From: a virus | Taxonomy: Duplodnaviria > Caudoviricetes | Direction: 5' to 3' (one strand) | Virus record (IMG/VR): IMGVR_UViG_3300037311_000503 | Coordinates: 1 to 45,135 of that record | DNA length: 45,135 nt | Part shown: positions 35,748 through 43,866 of the stretch, one piece after another | Position numbering within the stretch: the stretch's first letter is position 1 | Layout: each line of letters starts with the position of its first letter | The notes under the pieces: model-generated | Told to the model about the DNA's origin: nothing | Seen by the model: the letters and a program-made list of their open reading frames with translations, nothing else | Database searches by the model: none | Program-made: the position numbers and the translations under genes

Positions 35748-38700
35748 GCGATGGAGGCATTGGCTGCTCATTGCAGCAAGTTGAAAGCCAGGCGGATGTC
35801 GTGACCATCAAGCTGCACGGGAGCGTGCTTGAGGAAAGCCAAGCCCCCCGCGTGCGGAGCGTGTACGTTGGTCGCGGGCTTGTCGATGCCGCCTGGGCGG
35901 TGCGCGAGGCGTGGGGGCTGGACTTTGCCAGCGTTGTCGCGGTCGACGTCGATGGCCGCGAGGTGGACAAGGACGCGCCGCTGTGCTGCGGGGACCATGT
36001 GCACATCGCGCCGGTGCCTGGCGAGCTGTCGACTGGCATCATGATCGCCATCGCGATCGCCAGCGCGGCGGCGAGCGCAGTGATGGCAGGGAGCGTGCGG
36101 TTGCCGCCAGCGCAGGGCAGCGACGATGGCGAGGAGCGGCGGTATGGCTTTGGACGTTTTTCCAACCGGGCATTTAGCGGCGATGTTGAGCCGGTGGTGT
36201 ATGGGGAGATTGCTCGCCATGGGGGCAAGGTGATCGCGACGGTGCCCAGCGAGAGCAGCGATGGCAGCGGCGAAGAACGCATCCGCATGCTGATTGCACT
36301 CAGCCTGGGCGCGCCGTATGGCATCGCGGCGATTGGCAACCAGACGGCGGACTTTGATGGCGTGGCGGCGGCGAACCTCACGGGCATCTATCTGCGCGAC
36401 CAGGAGATCGCGGGGTTTGCGGCCTGCCGCGCGTGGGGGCGGATGGGGACCGTGGACCAGCGGGCGATACCCGGCTTTGCCGACATCAAGCTGCTGCGGG
36501 ATGTGGGCGTTGGGGGAGCGAACTTGCGCAACACCAGCGGGAGCGATCGCACGGGCCTGAGTGAAAGCGCCGAGGCGGTCGCGGTGACAACGCAGGGCAA
36601 TGTGAACGCGGTGGTGGTACGTGTGCGGCTGGAAGAGGGGCTGTATCGCGTGGCGAGCAGCGCGCAGGTGGAGAGCCAGACGGTGCGGTATCGCGTGCGG
36701 TGGCAGCCCTTGGACGACGCGGGCAACCCGGTGGATGGGTATGGGCCCTGGCAAACGATCACGCTGACGCAGGCCAACCAGGCGGGGTTCTGGAGCTCGC
36801 CGCGACTCGAGATTGGCAGTGTTGCGCGGCGGGTGCGCGTGCAGGCAGAGCGCGTGAGCGCGGAGCCCACCGACGTGGCGACGCGCGACAGCCTCAGCTG
36901 GGCGTCGATCATCGAGGTGCGCGACAGCGAGGAGACCTACCCGGGGGTTGCGCTGCTGGCGCTTGAGCTTGTGGCGGGCGAGCAGCTGCAGAGCGTGCCC
37001 GAGGTGTCGGTGCGGGTGAAGGGTCGCAAGGTGCGCGTGCACGATGGCGTGAGCCCGCCGACGGCGATGGCGTTTGTACCTGGCTACAGCAACAACAACG
37101 CCGACATCTTGCTGGACTATGCGACCAACGCGGAGTTTGGCATGGGGCTTGAGGACGCCCAGGTGAACTTCTCGCAGCTGCTGGCTTTGCGTGCACGCTG
37201 CAATGAGCTGGTGGAGCGGCGGACAAGGCCGGGGGAGTTTGCGCCTCGGCATACCTTCAACTTTGTGTTTGCGCAGCAGCGTGAGCACATGGACAACCTG
37301 ATCACGATCGCGCAGGCGGCGCGGGCGATGCCGAGCATGCCGGGCCAAATGCTGGGCATCGTGATGCAGGTGCCCCAGAGCTTGCCGGTGGAGACATACA
37401 CCGATGGATCGATTGCCCGCGATGGCGATGGCGAGCTGCAGCTGACGACAACCATCGAATGGACGCAGGGCGGGCTGACGCGCGCTAACCAGGTGATGCT
37501 GCAATATGAGGCGAGCGAGGCAGATGGTGACGTCGACGACGTTGTGTATCCGCAAGATGGCGAGCTGTGGCTCGCGGAGGAAAGCCCCGAGCAGAGCCAA
37601 GAGCGCCTCGATGGCGTGACCGACGTGGACGAGCTCTATCGCCACGCCGTGTACAAGATGAACTCGCTGCGGTTTGTGGCCGAGGCCGTCCAGCTCGAGC
37701 CGACGCATGCGTTTCCGAGGGTGCGCCCTGGCGAACGCTTTGATGTGGCAACCAGCATGCTGGGGTACGCGGCGGCAAGCGGGCGCGTGCGGCAGAACTC
37801 GACCGTGTCGCAGGTGCGCTTGGACCGCGAAGTGGTGCTGGCGGCATTGCCGGCGGGGCAGAGCTATCGCCTGCGCGTCTATCACCTCGATGGCTCGGTG
37901 GAGACGCAGCTGGTGACGAGCCCGCCTGGTGCGTATGGCATTGGGCAGGGCCTGAGCCTGGCTGCGGCGCTCGCGCAGGCACCGGCGGAGGGGGCGGAGT
38001 ACGCGCTGGAGATTCCGCAGCGGACGGTGGTGCCAAAGCCGTACATCTGCACATCGGTGACCTTCAGCGATGACAACGGCGACATCCGCTGGCGTGTCGC
38101 GGGCACGGAGTATGTGGAGGGCGTGTTTGCGGATGTTGGCGGGCTGGTGGTGCCGCCGCGCTACAGCAGCCTGGGCAGCCCGAGCACGCCGCCTGGTGCG
38201 GTGATTGGGCTACGCATCTTCGATCGCCAGAACCCCACGACGGGCGTGCGCGAAGCGCACCTGGCCTGGGGGCAGCTGCCCGAGGACGCGGCGATCACGG
38301 CGAGCTATCACCTGTATCGACGCATCATGGGCACGGCGGCATGGGTGCGCATGGCCAACGCGGTGGTGACGCGGCGTGCGGCGGTTGTCGAGATCGCTGA
38401 CACGACGCGCGGGTATGAGTTTGTGGTGGTGGCAGTGTCGGCGACTGGGGCGTATTTGAGTGCGGATGACCCCAGGCACCCGAAGGCGACGCTGGTGCTG
38501 GGTGGGGCGGTGCTGCCGCCGCCTGCGCCTGCGGGGCTTGCGATCGCGAGCGTGGGTGGCAACACCTATGACCTGGCGTGGACCGCGGTGGATGGCGCGG
38601 TGGCGTATGTGGTGTTGGCGGGGGGCGTGCCGGGCGGCGGCAACGCCGGGGACAAGGTGTTTGCCAACGCCTGCGACTGCCGCGTGATTGCGCGTGTGGC

Positions 38701-39406
38701 GAGCAATGCTCTGACCGGTCTGCGCCTGCCGCTGGCAAGCCACGGTCCGGGCGGTGCGCCGACGGCGGGGCAGGTGAGCTTTTATGTGCGCAGCGTGGGG
38801 CCAAACGGCAGGATGAGCGAGAACGTGTCGCGCGTGGATGTTGGCAACGCGCTCGCGCCGACGGGGCTTGCGGCCAAGCATGGCTACGCGGCCGACCTGA
38901 GCACGGGGTGGACCAACGCGCAGAGCCTGGCGAGCACGCCGGGCACCGGCGTGGACTGGGTGCCGACGACGGTGGGCACGCCAGCGGTGTGGGAAGGGCC
39001 GATCGTAGACACGGGCAGCGACGTGCCGACGCAGCTGGTGTATCACCTGCGCACGGTGAATCGTGCGACCGACCCGGCCATCGCCGCGACGCCGTTTGTC
39101 GCGCCGGGCATCGAGGCCGATCAGTGGGGCGTGGATGCAATCGATGGCGGTGGCAATCGGCGCGTGGGCATGATCTTTCCGCCGTGGACAGCGGGGCAGG
39201 GCGTGCACAACGGGGATAGCACGCATCGGTGGATCGTGGAGATTGCACTGGAAGTTGGCGGGGTGTGGCAGCCGTACGTGCAGCTCGCGGCGTTTGCGTC
39301 GCTGGCGGGGACGTTTCGGCGGTATCGCGTGCGCGTGTCGCTGAGCAGCGGGGCGAGCCCGTATCGGCCTGGTGTGCGGGCGCTGGCGGTGAGCACGTTT
39401 GCGTGA
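35744..39406 (+). CDS. Tail tip/host specificity protein J with gpI-like N-terminus
   Basis: Ubiquitin-like N-terminus (GDHVHIAP), PVVYG, TYPGVAL, VKGRKV and FnIII-like repeats. Confidence 0.88.
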   Translation: MSDGGIGCSLQQVESQADVVTIKLHGSVLEESQAPRVRSVYVGRGLVDAAWAVREAWGLDFASVVAVDVDGREVDKDAPLCCGDHVHIAPVPGELSTGIMIAIAIASAAASAVMAGSVRLPPAQGSDDGEERRYGFGRFSNRAFSGDVEPVVYGEIARHGGKVIATVPSESSDGSGEERIRMLIALSLGAPYGIAAIGNQTADFDGVAAANLTGIYLRDQEIAGFAACRAWGRMGTVDQRAIPGFADIKLLRDVGVGGANLRNTSGSDRTGLSESAEAVAVTTQGNVNAVVVRVRLEEGLYRVASSAQVESQTVRYRVRWQPLDDAGNPVDGYGPWQTITLTQANQAGFWSSPRLEIGSVARRVRVQAERVSAEPTDVATRDSLSWASIIEVRDSEETYPGVALLALELVAGEQLQSVPEVSVRVKGRKVRVHDGVSPPTAMAFVPGYSNNNADILLDYATNAEFGMGLEDAQVNFSQLLALRARCNELVERRTRPGEFAPRHTFNFVFAQQREHMDNLITIAQAARAMPSMPGQMLGIVMQVPQSLPVETYTDGSIARDGDGELQLTTTIEWTQGGLTRANQVMLQYEASEADGDVDDVVYPQDGELWLAEESPEQSQERLDGVTDVDELYRHAVYKMNSLRFVAEAVQLEPTHAFPRVRPGERFDVATSMLGYAAASGRVRQNSTVSQVRLDREVVLAALPAGQSYRLRVYHLDGSVETQLVTSPPGAYGIGQGLSLAAALAQAPAEGAEYALEIPQRTVVPKPYICTSVTFSDDNGDIRWRVAGTEYVEGVFADVGGLVVPPRYSSLGSPSTPPGAVIGLRIFDRQNPTTGVREAHLAWGQLPEDAAITASYHLYRRIMGTAAWVRMANAVVTRRAAVVEIADTTRGYEFVVVAVSATGAYLSADDPRHPKATLVLGGAVLPPPAPAGLAIASVGGNTYDLAWTAVDGAVAYVVLAGGVPGGGNAGDKVFANACDCRVIARVASNALTGLRLPLASHGPGGAPTAGQVSFYVRSVGPNGRMSENVSRVDVGNALAPTGLAAKHGYAADLSTGWTNAQSLASTPGTGVDWVPTTVGTPAVWEGPIVDTGSDVPTQLVYHLRTVNRATDPAIAATPFVAPGIEADQWGVDAIDGGGNRRVGMIFPPWTAGQGVHNGDSTHRWIVEIALEVGGVWQPYVQLAAFASLAGTFRRYRVRVSLSSGASPYRPGVRALAVSTFA

Positions 39407-39484
39407 GCGGGCGTGATGAGGTGGGCGTGATGAGTGGGCGTATTGGCGTTGGCTGGGGCAAACAGACAGAAAGGGGCGTGGGCG

Positions 39485-40747
39485 ATGGGGCATGTGATTC
39501 GTGGCAACTTTGCACAAGCGGTGTCGATGGGAGCGGCGATGCTGTGGCTGGGCGACAGCATCACCAATCCGTACCAGGTGTGGAGCGTGGCGGGCACGAT
39601 GTACAGACGCTGGCCGACGCCGTGCCTTGGAGGCCGGACCGGGAATCAGAACAGCGGCGGCTCTGGCTGGCCCCTGAACGTGTCGCAATGGAACGGATCG
39701 AACGTCACGCATGTGCAGCTCCGCCCTGGGGAGATCGCTCCCGATGGCACAAGCGGGTTTCATCTCATGATGTGCGGCATAGGGCAAGTCTCTGGTGGTG
39801 ATTTGGCCAACTTTGGTTCGCCGCAAGCCTTGCAGATCAGCCCGGAGACCTCGGCGATTCCCCAGTGGGATACAAACAAAACAGTTGAGGTAATCGTCAG
39901 CGCACGCACGGAGCCTCTAGCCGCCAATCCAGACCAGTGGCGTTTTCAGTTTTGGGATCGCGCAAACGTGCTGCTTGGCCAAGTCTCGCCCATCAGCTTT
40001 GATCAGCCAACAGCGGATCGGTGGTGGAAGTCCGTCGGCTTTCCGCGCGGAGCGGGCGTGTTCAATGTGCCTGCGCGACTGAGCAGCTTCAACGAAGTCG
40101 AGACCGGGGCGCTGCTGAAGACCAATCAGTATGGCGTGCGGGTGCTGAACGGTGGCAGCGGAATCTGTTGGGGCTACACAGGTCACGGTGGATGGAGCAT
40201 CCGGAATCACTCCACCCAAGCGGGGCGAACGATCACCAACGATGGCCCTGCGTACACGGGCCGGTACGACGATTCGTGCGCGATTGCTGACATGCAGGCC
40301 TACGGCTGGAACGTCATCGCGGTGTGGCTTGGCGCGAATGATGCTGATCTAAGCAAGGTGGCATTTCGCGGAGAGCTCGAGTTGCTGCGCACCCGCTATC
40401 GCGCTCTATCCACTGCTGCCTCAAGGCCAATGCCGTGCTTTGTTTTTTTCACGCAGTATGACCTCGCGGATGCCAACATTCTTCAGGTCGAAAAAGCACA
40501 GGCGATGGAGGAGATGGCGGCGGCCTATGACGATTGTGAGTGCGTGGACTTGCGGCAAGAGGTCTTTGCTGCGCTCGGGCCATGGAGTGCATTTCGAGCC
40601 GTTGACCTCCCTGACACCGTTCATCCCAGCGGGACGCGGATTCGCAACCTCATGGCAGATCGGTCCTGGGCGATTCTCAATGGACCGACGACACATGGCA
40701 ACGCGAAAGACCGGGATCGCGCAGTGCGAGGGCGTGCGCTGCGATGA
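39485..40747 (+). CDS. SGNH/GDSL hydrolase (possible virion esterase)
   Basis: WLGDSIT, GHGGW, WLGAND and DTVHP blocks. Confidence 0.85.
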   Translation: MGHVIRGNFAQAVSMGAAMLWLGDSITNPYQVWSVAGTMYRRWPTPCLGGRTGNQNSGGSGWPLNVSQWNGSNVTHVQLRPGEIAPDGTSGFHLMMCGIGQVSGGDLANFGSPQALQISPETSAIPQWDTNKTVEVIVSARTEPLAANPDQWRFQFWDRANVLLGQVSPISFDQPTADRWWKSVGFPRGAGVFNVPARLSSFNEVETGALLKTNQYGVRVLNGGSGICWGYTGHGGWSIRNHSTQAGRTITNDGPAYTGRYDDSCAIADMQAYGWNVIAVWLGANDADLSKVAFRGELELLRTRYRALSTAASRPMPCFVFFTQYDLADANILQVEKAQAMEEMAAAYDDCECVDLRQEVFAALGPWSAFRAVDLPDTVHPSGTRIRNLMADRSWAILNGPTTHGNAKDRDRAVRGRALR

Positions 40748-41247
40748 AGCCAGACCAATCAGCATCGCGTCGGATGGATGGGCTGCCAAGGTTGACCGCG
40801 AAGATTGACCCCGATGTTTACCTCGAGCGCCTCGGGATTGGTGATGATCTCGGCATGCGTGATGGTGAGGCTGCGGCGCATGCACATCGCGTCGCAGAAG
40901 TTGAGGGGGCGTTGGCGGCGTGCCCAGCGCGCGTGCGGACGAACGCGGCGGTGCGGGCTGCGCTGGACTGCTTTGGCGGCGAGGTAGTTTCGGTGCGGGC
41001 TCGGCCAACGCAGGTGTCCGAAGAAAAGACGGAAAGCAACGGCGGACAGCATGAGGCGGGCGACGGGGCAGTAACGCAGCCAATCGAGCGGTCGCGTGCT
41101 GATAGAGCATCGCCCGCACCAGCAAAACTGGTGTCGCCAAGCGAAACCAAGGCAGAACCGATCAAGGTGGAGGTCCGGGCCGTGGGGCAGCAGCAGGCGG
41201 CGGCACTTTGGGCGGATGTCCTCGCAAACAACAAGAACACTATGTAG
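40744..41247 (+). CDS. Hypothetical protein
   Basis: ATGA coupling to the SGNH gene. Confidence 0.6.
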   Translation: MKPDQSASRRMDGLPRLTAKIDPDVYLERLGIGDDLGMRDGEAAAHAHRVAEVEGALAACPARVRTNAAVRAALDCFGGEVVSVRARPTQVSEEKTESNGGQHEAGDGAVTQPIERSRADRASPAPAKLVSPSETKAEPIKVEVRAVGQQQAAALWADVLANNKNTM

Positions 41248-41307
41248 TACAGTTGCGAACTACATGGTACGATATAAGGAGCGGGGGACAAGGCTCTGGA
41301 GGTGCCT

Positions 41308-41868
41308 ATGGCGAGGGTTGAAGTCGTTGTTTCGCTCAGCTCGTGCAACGCGCTGGCGATGCTGGGGAGCGAAGCGTGCACCGTGTCGTTGATGCCTGCG
41401 GTCCGGCACGAGATCGATGACACAAGCGCACCGAGCAACCGGCCTGCGGCATTGCTGCGGGGGTGGTTGATGAGTGGTGGATTTCAGGCGATGTGTGATC
41501 GCACCCGGCAGATGGCGGCGGCGTGCGGTGCGGTGCCAACGGCTGTGATGGTGCGGGGCTCGTGCACAGTGCACGAGCGTGCTGTGGCGTTGGAGATGGC
41601 GGACCTGATGCGCCCCGCGCTGCCGCTGACGCGTGAGGGACGGCTGCGCCTGGCCAAGGCAACGGCGGAAAACTTTGCTCGCCAGCTGCGCCTCGAACAG
41701 CAAGAGCAGATGCTTGCGATGGCGCGGGACATTGCAATCGCGGTGCAGGAGCACACCAGCGTAATTGCCATGCAAGGTGTGGAGGGGGTTTTGGAGCTCG
41801 AGCCCGCGATGGCGTACACGGCGGTGTTTGAGGAGACGCTGGCCGATGCGGCTGGAGGCGCGGCATGA
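41308..41868 (+). CDS. Hypothetical protein
   Basis: GGAGGT SD and an AT-rich upstream region carrying the operator-like motif. Confidence 0.7.
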   Translation: MARVEVVVSLSSCNALAMLGSEACTVSLMPAVRHEIDDTSAPSNRPAALLRGWLMSGGFQAMCDRTRQMAAACGAVPTAVMVRGSCTVHERAVALEMADLMRPALPLTREGRLRLAKATAENFARQLRLEQQEQMLAMARDIAIAVQEHTSVIAMQGVEGVLELEPAMAYTAVFEETLADAAGGAA

Positions 41869-41895
41869 TTGGCCGGGGCGGCTTGGGGGAGCTGC

Positions 41896-42135
41896 TTACT
41901 TGCGTGCCTGCAACACGAGCTCGCAGCCGACAGCATGGGCAAGGCGGACAAGCGTGGAAAGGCGGATATCGGATCGGCCTGCAAAGTGCAGGCTGAGGCG
42001 CGGCTGGGTGGTGCCAGCACGCTCGGCGAGCTGGGCCTGCGTGAGGCCCAACGCCTCGGCCCGCTGCGCGATCGCGGCGAGCAGGGCGTGCTTTGCGGGG
42101 GCGGGCGTTGGCGTTGGCTTGGCTTTGGGGGGCAT
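41896..42135 (-). CDS. XRE HTH regulator or antitoxin-like protein
   Basis: GLTQAQLAERAGTTQPRLS...IRLSTLVRLAHAVG. Confidence 0.88.
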   Translation of the reverse strand: MPPKAKPTPTPAPAKHALLAAIAQRAEALGLTQAQLAERAGTTQPRLSLHFAGRSDIRLSTLVRLAHAVGCELVLQARK

Positions 42136-42154
42136 CGGGGCGCTCGGGGGCAGG

Positions 42155-42388
42155 TCAATCGAGGTTGAGCGTGGCGGGCTCGATGGCAAGGTAGGTCTTG
42201 CGGTCGTTACGCTGCCAGCCCTGGCTGCAGGTTGCGCTGAAGTTGTTTGCAACGTGCGTCCACACGCCGGGGAACGCGAGCTGCTGGTCGCCTGCCGCCT
42301 GGGCGGCCTCAACCGAAGCGAAGTAGCTGGTCGCGCCGGTGTCGATGTTGCGAAGGACGAAAATCTGGACTTGTGTTTCGCTGCTCAT
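42155..42388 (-). CDS. Small hypothetical protein (77 aa)
   Basis: GGAG SD and an upstream promoter. Confidence 0.7.
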   Translation of the reverse strand: MSSETQVQIFVLRNIDTGATSYFASVEAAQAAGDQQLAFPGVWTHVANNFSATCSQGWQRNDRKTYLAIEPATLNLD

Positions 42389-42429
42389 GTGTTTCTCCGT
42401 TTGAAGTTGTGCCGGAATCGGCTTGCATA

Positions 42430-42457
42430 AGTATATCGTATGCGATATAAAAAGCAA
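42430..42457 (-). promoter_or_regulatory. Sigma70 promoter with overlapping operator
   Basis: TTGCTT-16-TATACT on the minus strand; palindrome TATATCG-TATG-CGATATA at 42432-42449. Confidence 0.7.
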
Positions 42458-42495
42458 GGCACAGCAGCGGATTATGCTCGTTTTTGAGCGGTTTT

Positions 42496-42723
42496 TTACT
42501 TCAAAGCGGTTCGGCCTTTGCGGGGTCGGGACGGCGGCGCGCCAAGGGTCAAGCCCACTGCGATTGCAACGCGCTCTAGGTTACTCGACGTCAGATCAGC
42601 TTTGCCCTTTAGGAACTTCGACAACTGTGAAGGCGTAACCCCAGCGATCGTGGCGACAGCCCGCTGGCTGAGGCCCTGCTCTTCCATGGCGATCCGGATT
42701 TGGCGGGGGAACCGACTTGACAC
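42496..42723 (-). CDS. XRE HTH regulator
   Basis: GLSQRAVATIAGVTPSQLSKFLKGKADLTSSNLERVA. Start uncertain. Confidence 0.85.
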   Translation of the reverse strand: MSSRFPRQIRIAMEEQGLSQRAVATIAGVTPSQLSKFLKGKADLTSSNLERVAIAVGLTLGAPPSRPRKGRTALK

Positions 42724-42802
42724 GTCGAATGATTCGCACCCATGACGGTTCCACGAAATAAAGAGAGCGTTATCAAAAAGGACAACTATACCTGCACAAA
42801 AT

Positions 42803-43057
42803 CTACTCCAACACGATGGCGGTGATAGACGACGTGTGCGCTGGCCGGACTTCTGCCCAGCCATTGCCGACGCGTCGGGGCGTGACTTCATACAGAGCCC
42901 AGCCGCGATTGGCCGCGGTTGAAAGCAGCAGTATGGTGGTTTTTCCTGCGTTATCTCGCACAAAGTACATCCGACCAAAGTCGAGGTCGTGCGAGCTGCT
43001 GATCAGCTCGTAGTGGTGGCCGTCAAGAATGATCGTGCGGGTTTCCACGTGCGACAT
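42803..43057 (-). CDS. Small hypothetical protein (84 aa)
   Basis: GAGAGG SD before the ATG; beta-rich sequence. Confidence 0.65.
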   Translation of the reverse strand: MSHVETRTIILDGHHYELISSSHDLDFGRMYFVRDNAGKTTILLLSTAANRGWALYEVTPRRVGNGWAEVRPAHTSSITAIVLE

Positions 43058-43210
43058 ACTACGCCTCTCGGGTGTGCAGTATGTTATCGTATTTGATTCC
43101 AAGTGGTCGCAAAAAGTGCGCGGATTTGTGTAGATAACAGCGTCGGCGGCAAGTTCCACAGATTTGCGGCGCGTGTGGCCGTTCGTCCGCCCGTTCTCAA
43201 CAAAACTGTG

Positions 43211-43849
43211 TTACTTCGACTCAACAGAGTACCAGCGAACCGGTCCAGACCAGCGAGCTTTGCTTCCTGCCTCTAGCTCGACGCGGTCGACAAGGCGATC
43301 GCCGGGCCGCAGCCTGGGTTTGGGGACGCGAACGCTATCGAGGAAGGCTCCGGTTTCGTCATACAGGCGCAACCGAAGCTGGTACAGGCCATCGTCCGTG
43401 CCCGAGCTGCCCAGCTCCCAAGTCACTTGGACGCTGCTCAGGTCATCAAGTAGGCGGATATCGCTGACCCACTGGGCAAGGTCGTCGGGCACGGGAAGCG
43501 TGTGCGAGTAGTCGGCGGCGATCGCTGGCATGGGCCGCAGGTTTGGATACAACGCTTGGATGTTGCCGCTGCGTGCTTGCTCTGCCACAACGCGTGCGGC
43601 GGCGAGCGTTTCTTCCGCAGCTCGCCTGGCGGAGCTCGCTGCTTCGAGCTCGGCGGTGGCTTTGCGTCGGGATGCGTCAAGCTCGGCGACAGCCATGTCC
43701 CTGGCTGCCTCTGCAGCGGCCAGCGCAGCTTGCACGCGTGGGTCGGGAGCAGCGGGCTGCGGTGGACTGGTTGCGGGCCGGTTGCACGCAGAAATGAAAA
43801 CGCCGCCCGCGATGAGCAGGGCGGCGACGGTGAGCGTTGAACGTTGCAT
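43211..43849 (-). CDS. Lipoprotein (superinfection-exclusion candidate)
   Basis: Signal MQRSTLTVAALLIAGGVFISAC with lipobox, then a coiled coil and a beta domain; downstream of the integrase. Confidence 0.7.
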   Translation of the reverse strand: MQRSTLTVAALLIAGGVFISACNRPATSPPQPAAPDPRVQAALAAAEAARDMAVAELDASRRKATAELEAASSARRAAEETLAAARVVAEQARSGNIQALYPNLRPMPAIAADYSHTLPVPDDLAQWVSDIRLLDDLSSVQVTWELGSSGTDDGLYQLRLRLYDETGAFLDSVRVPKPRLRPGDRLVDRVELEAGSKARWSGPVRWYSVESK

Positions 43850-43866
43850 AGGCACCAGAAGAAACT

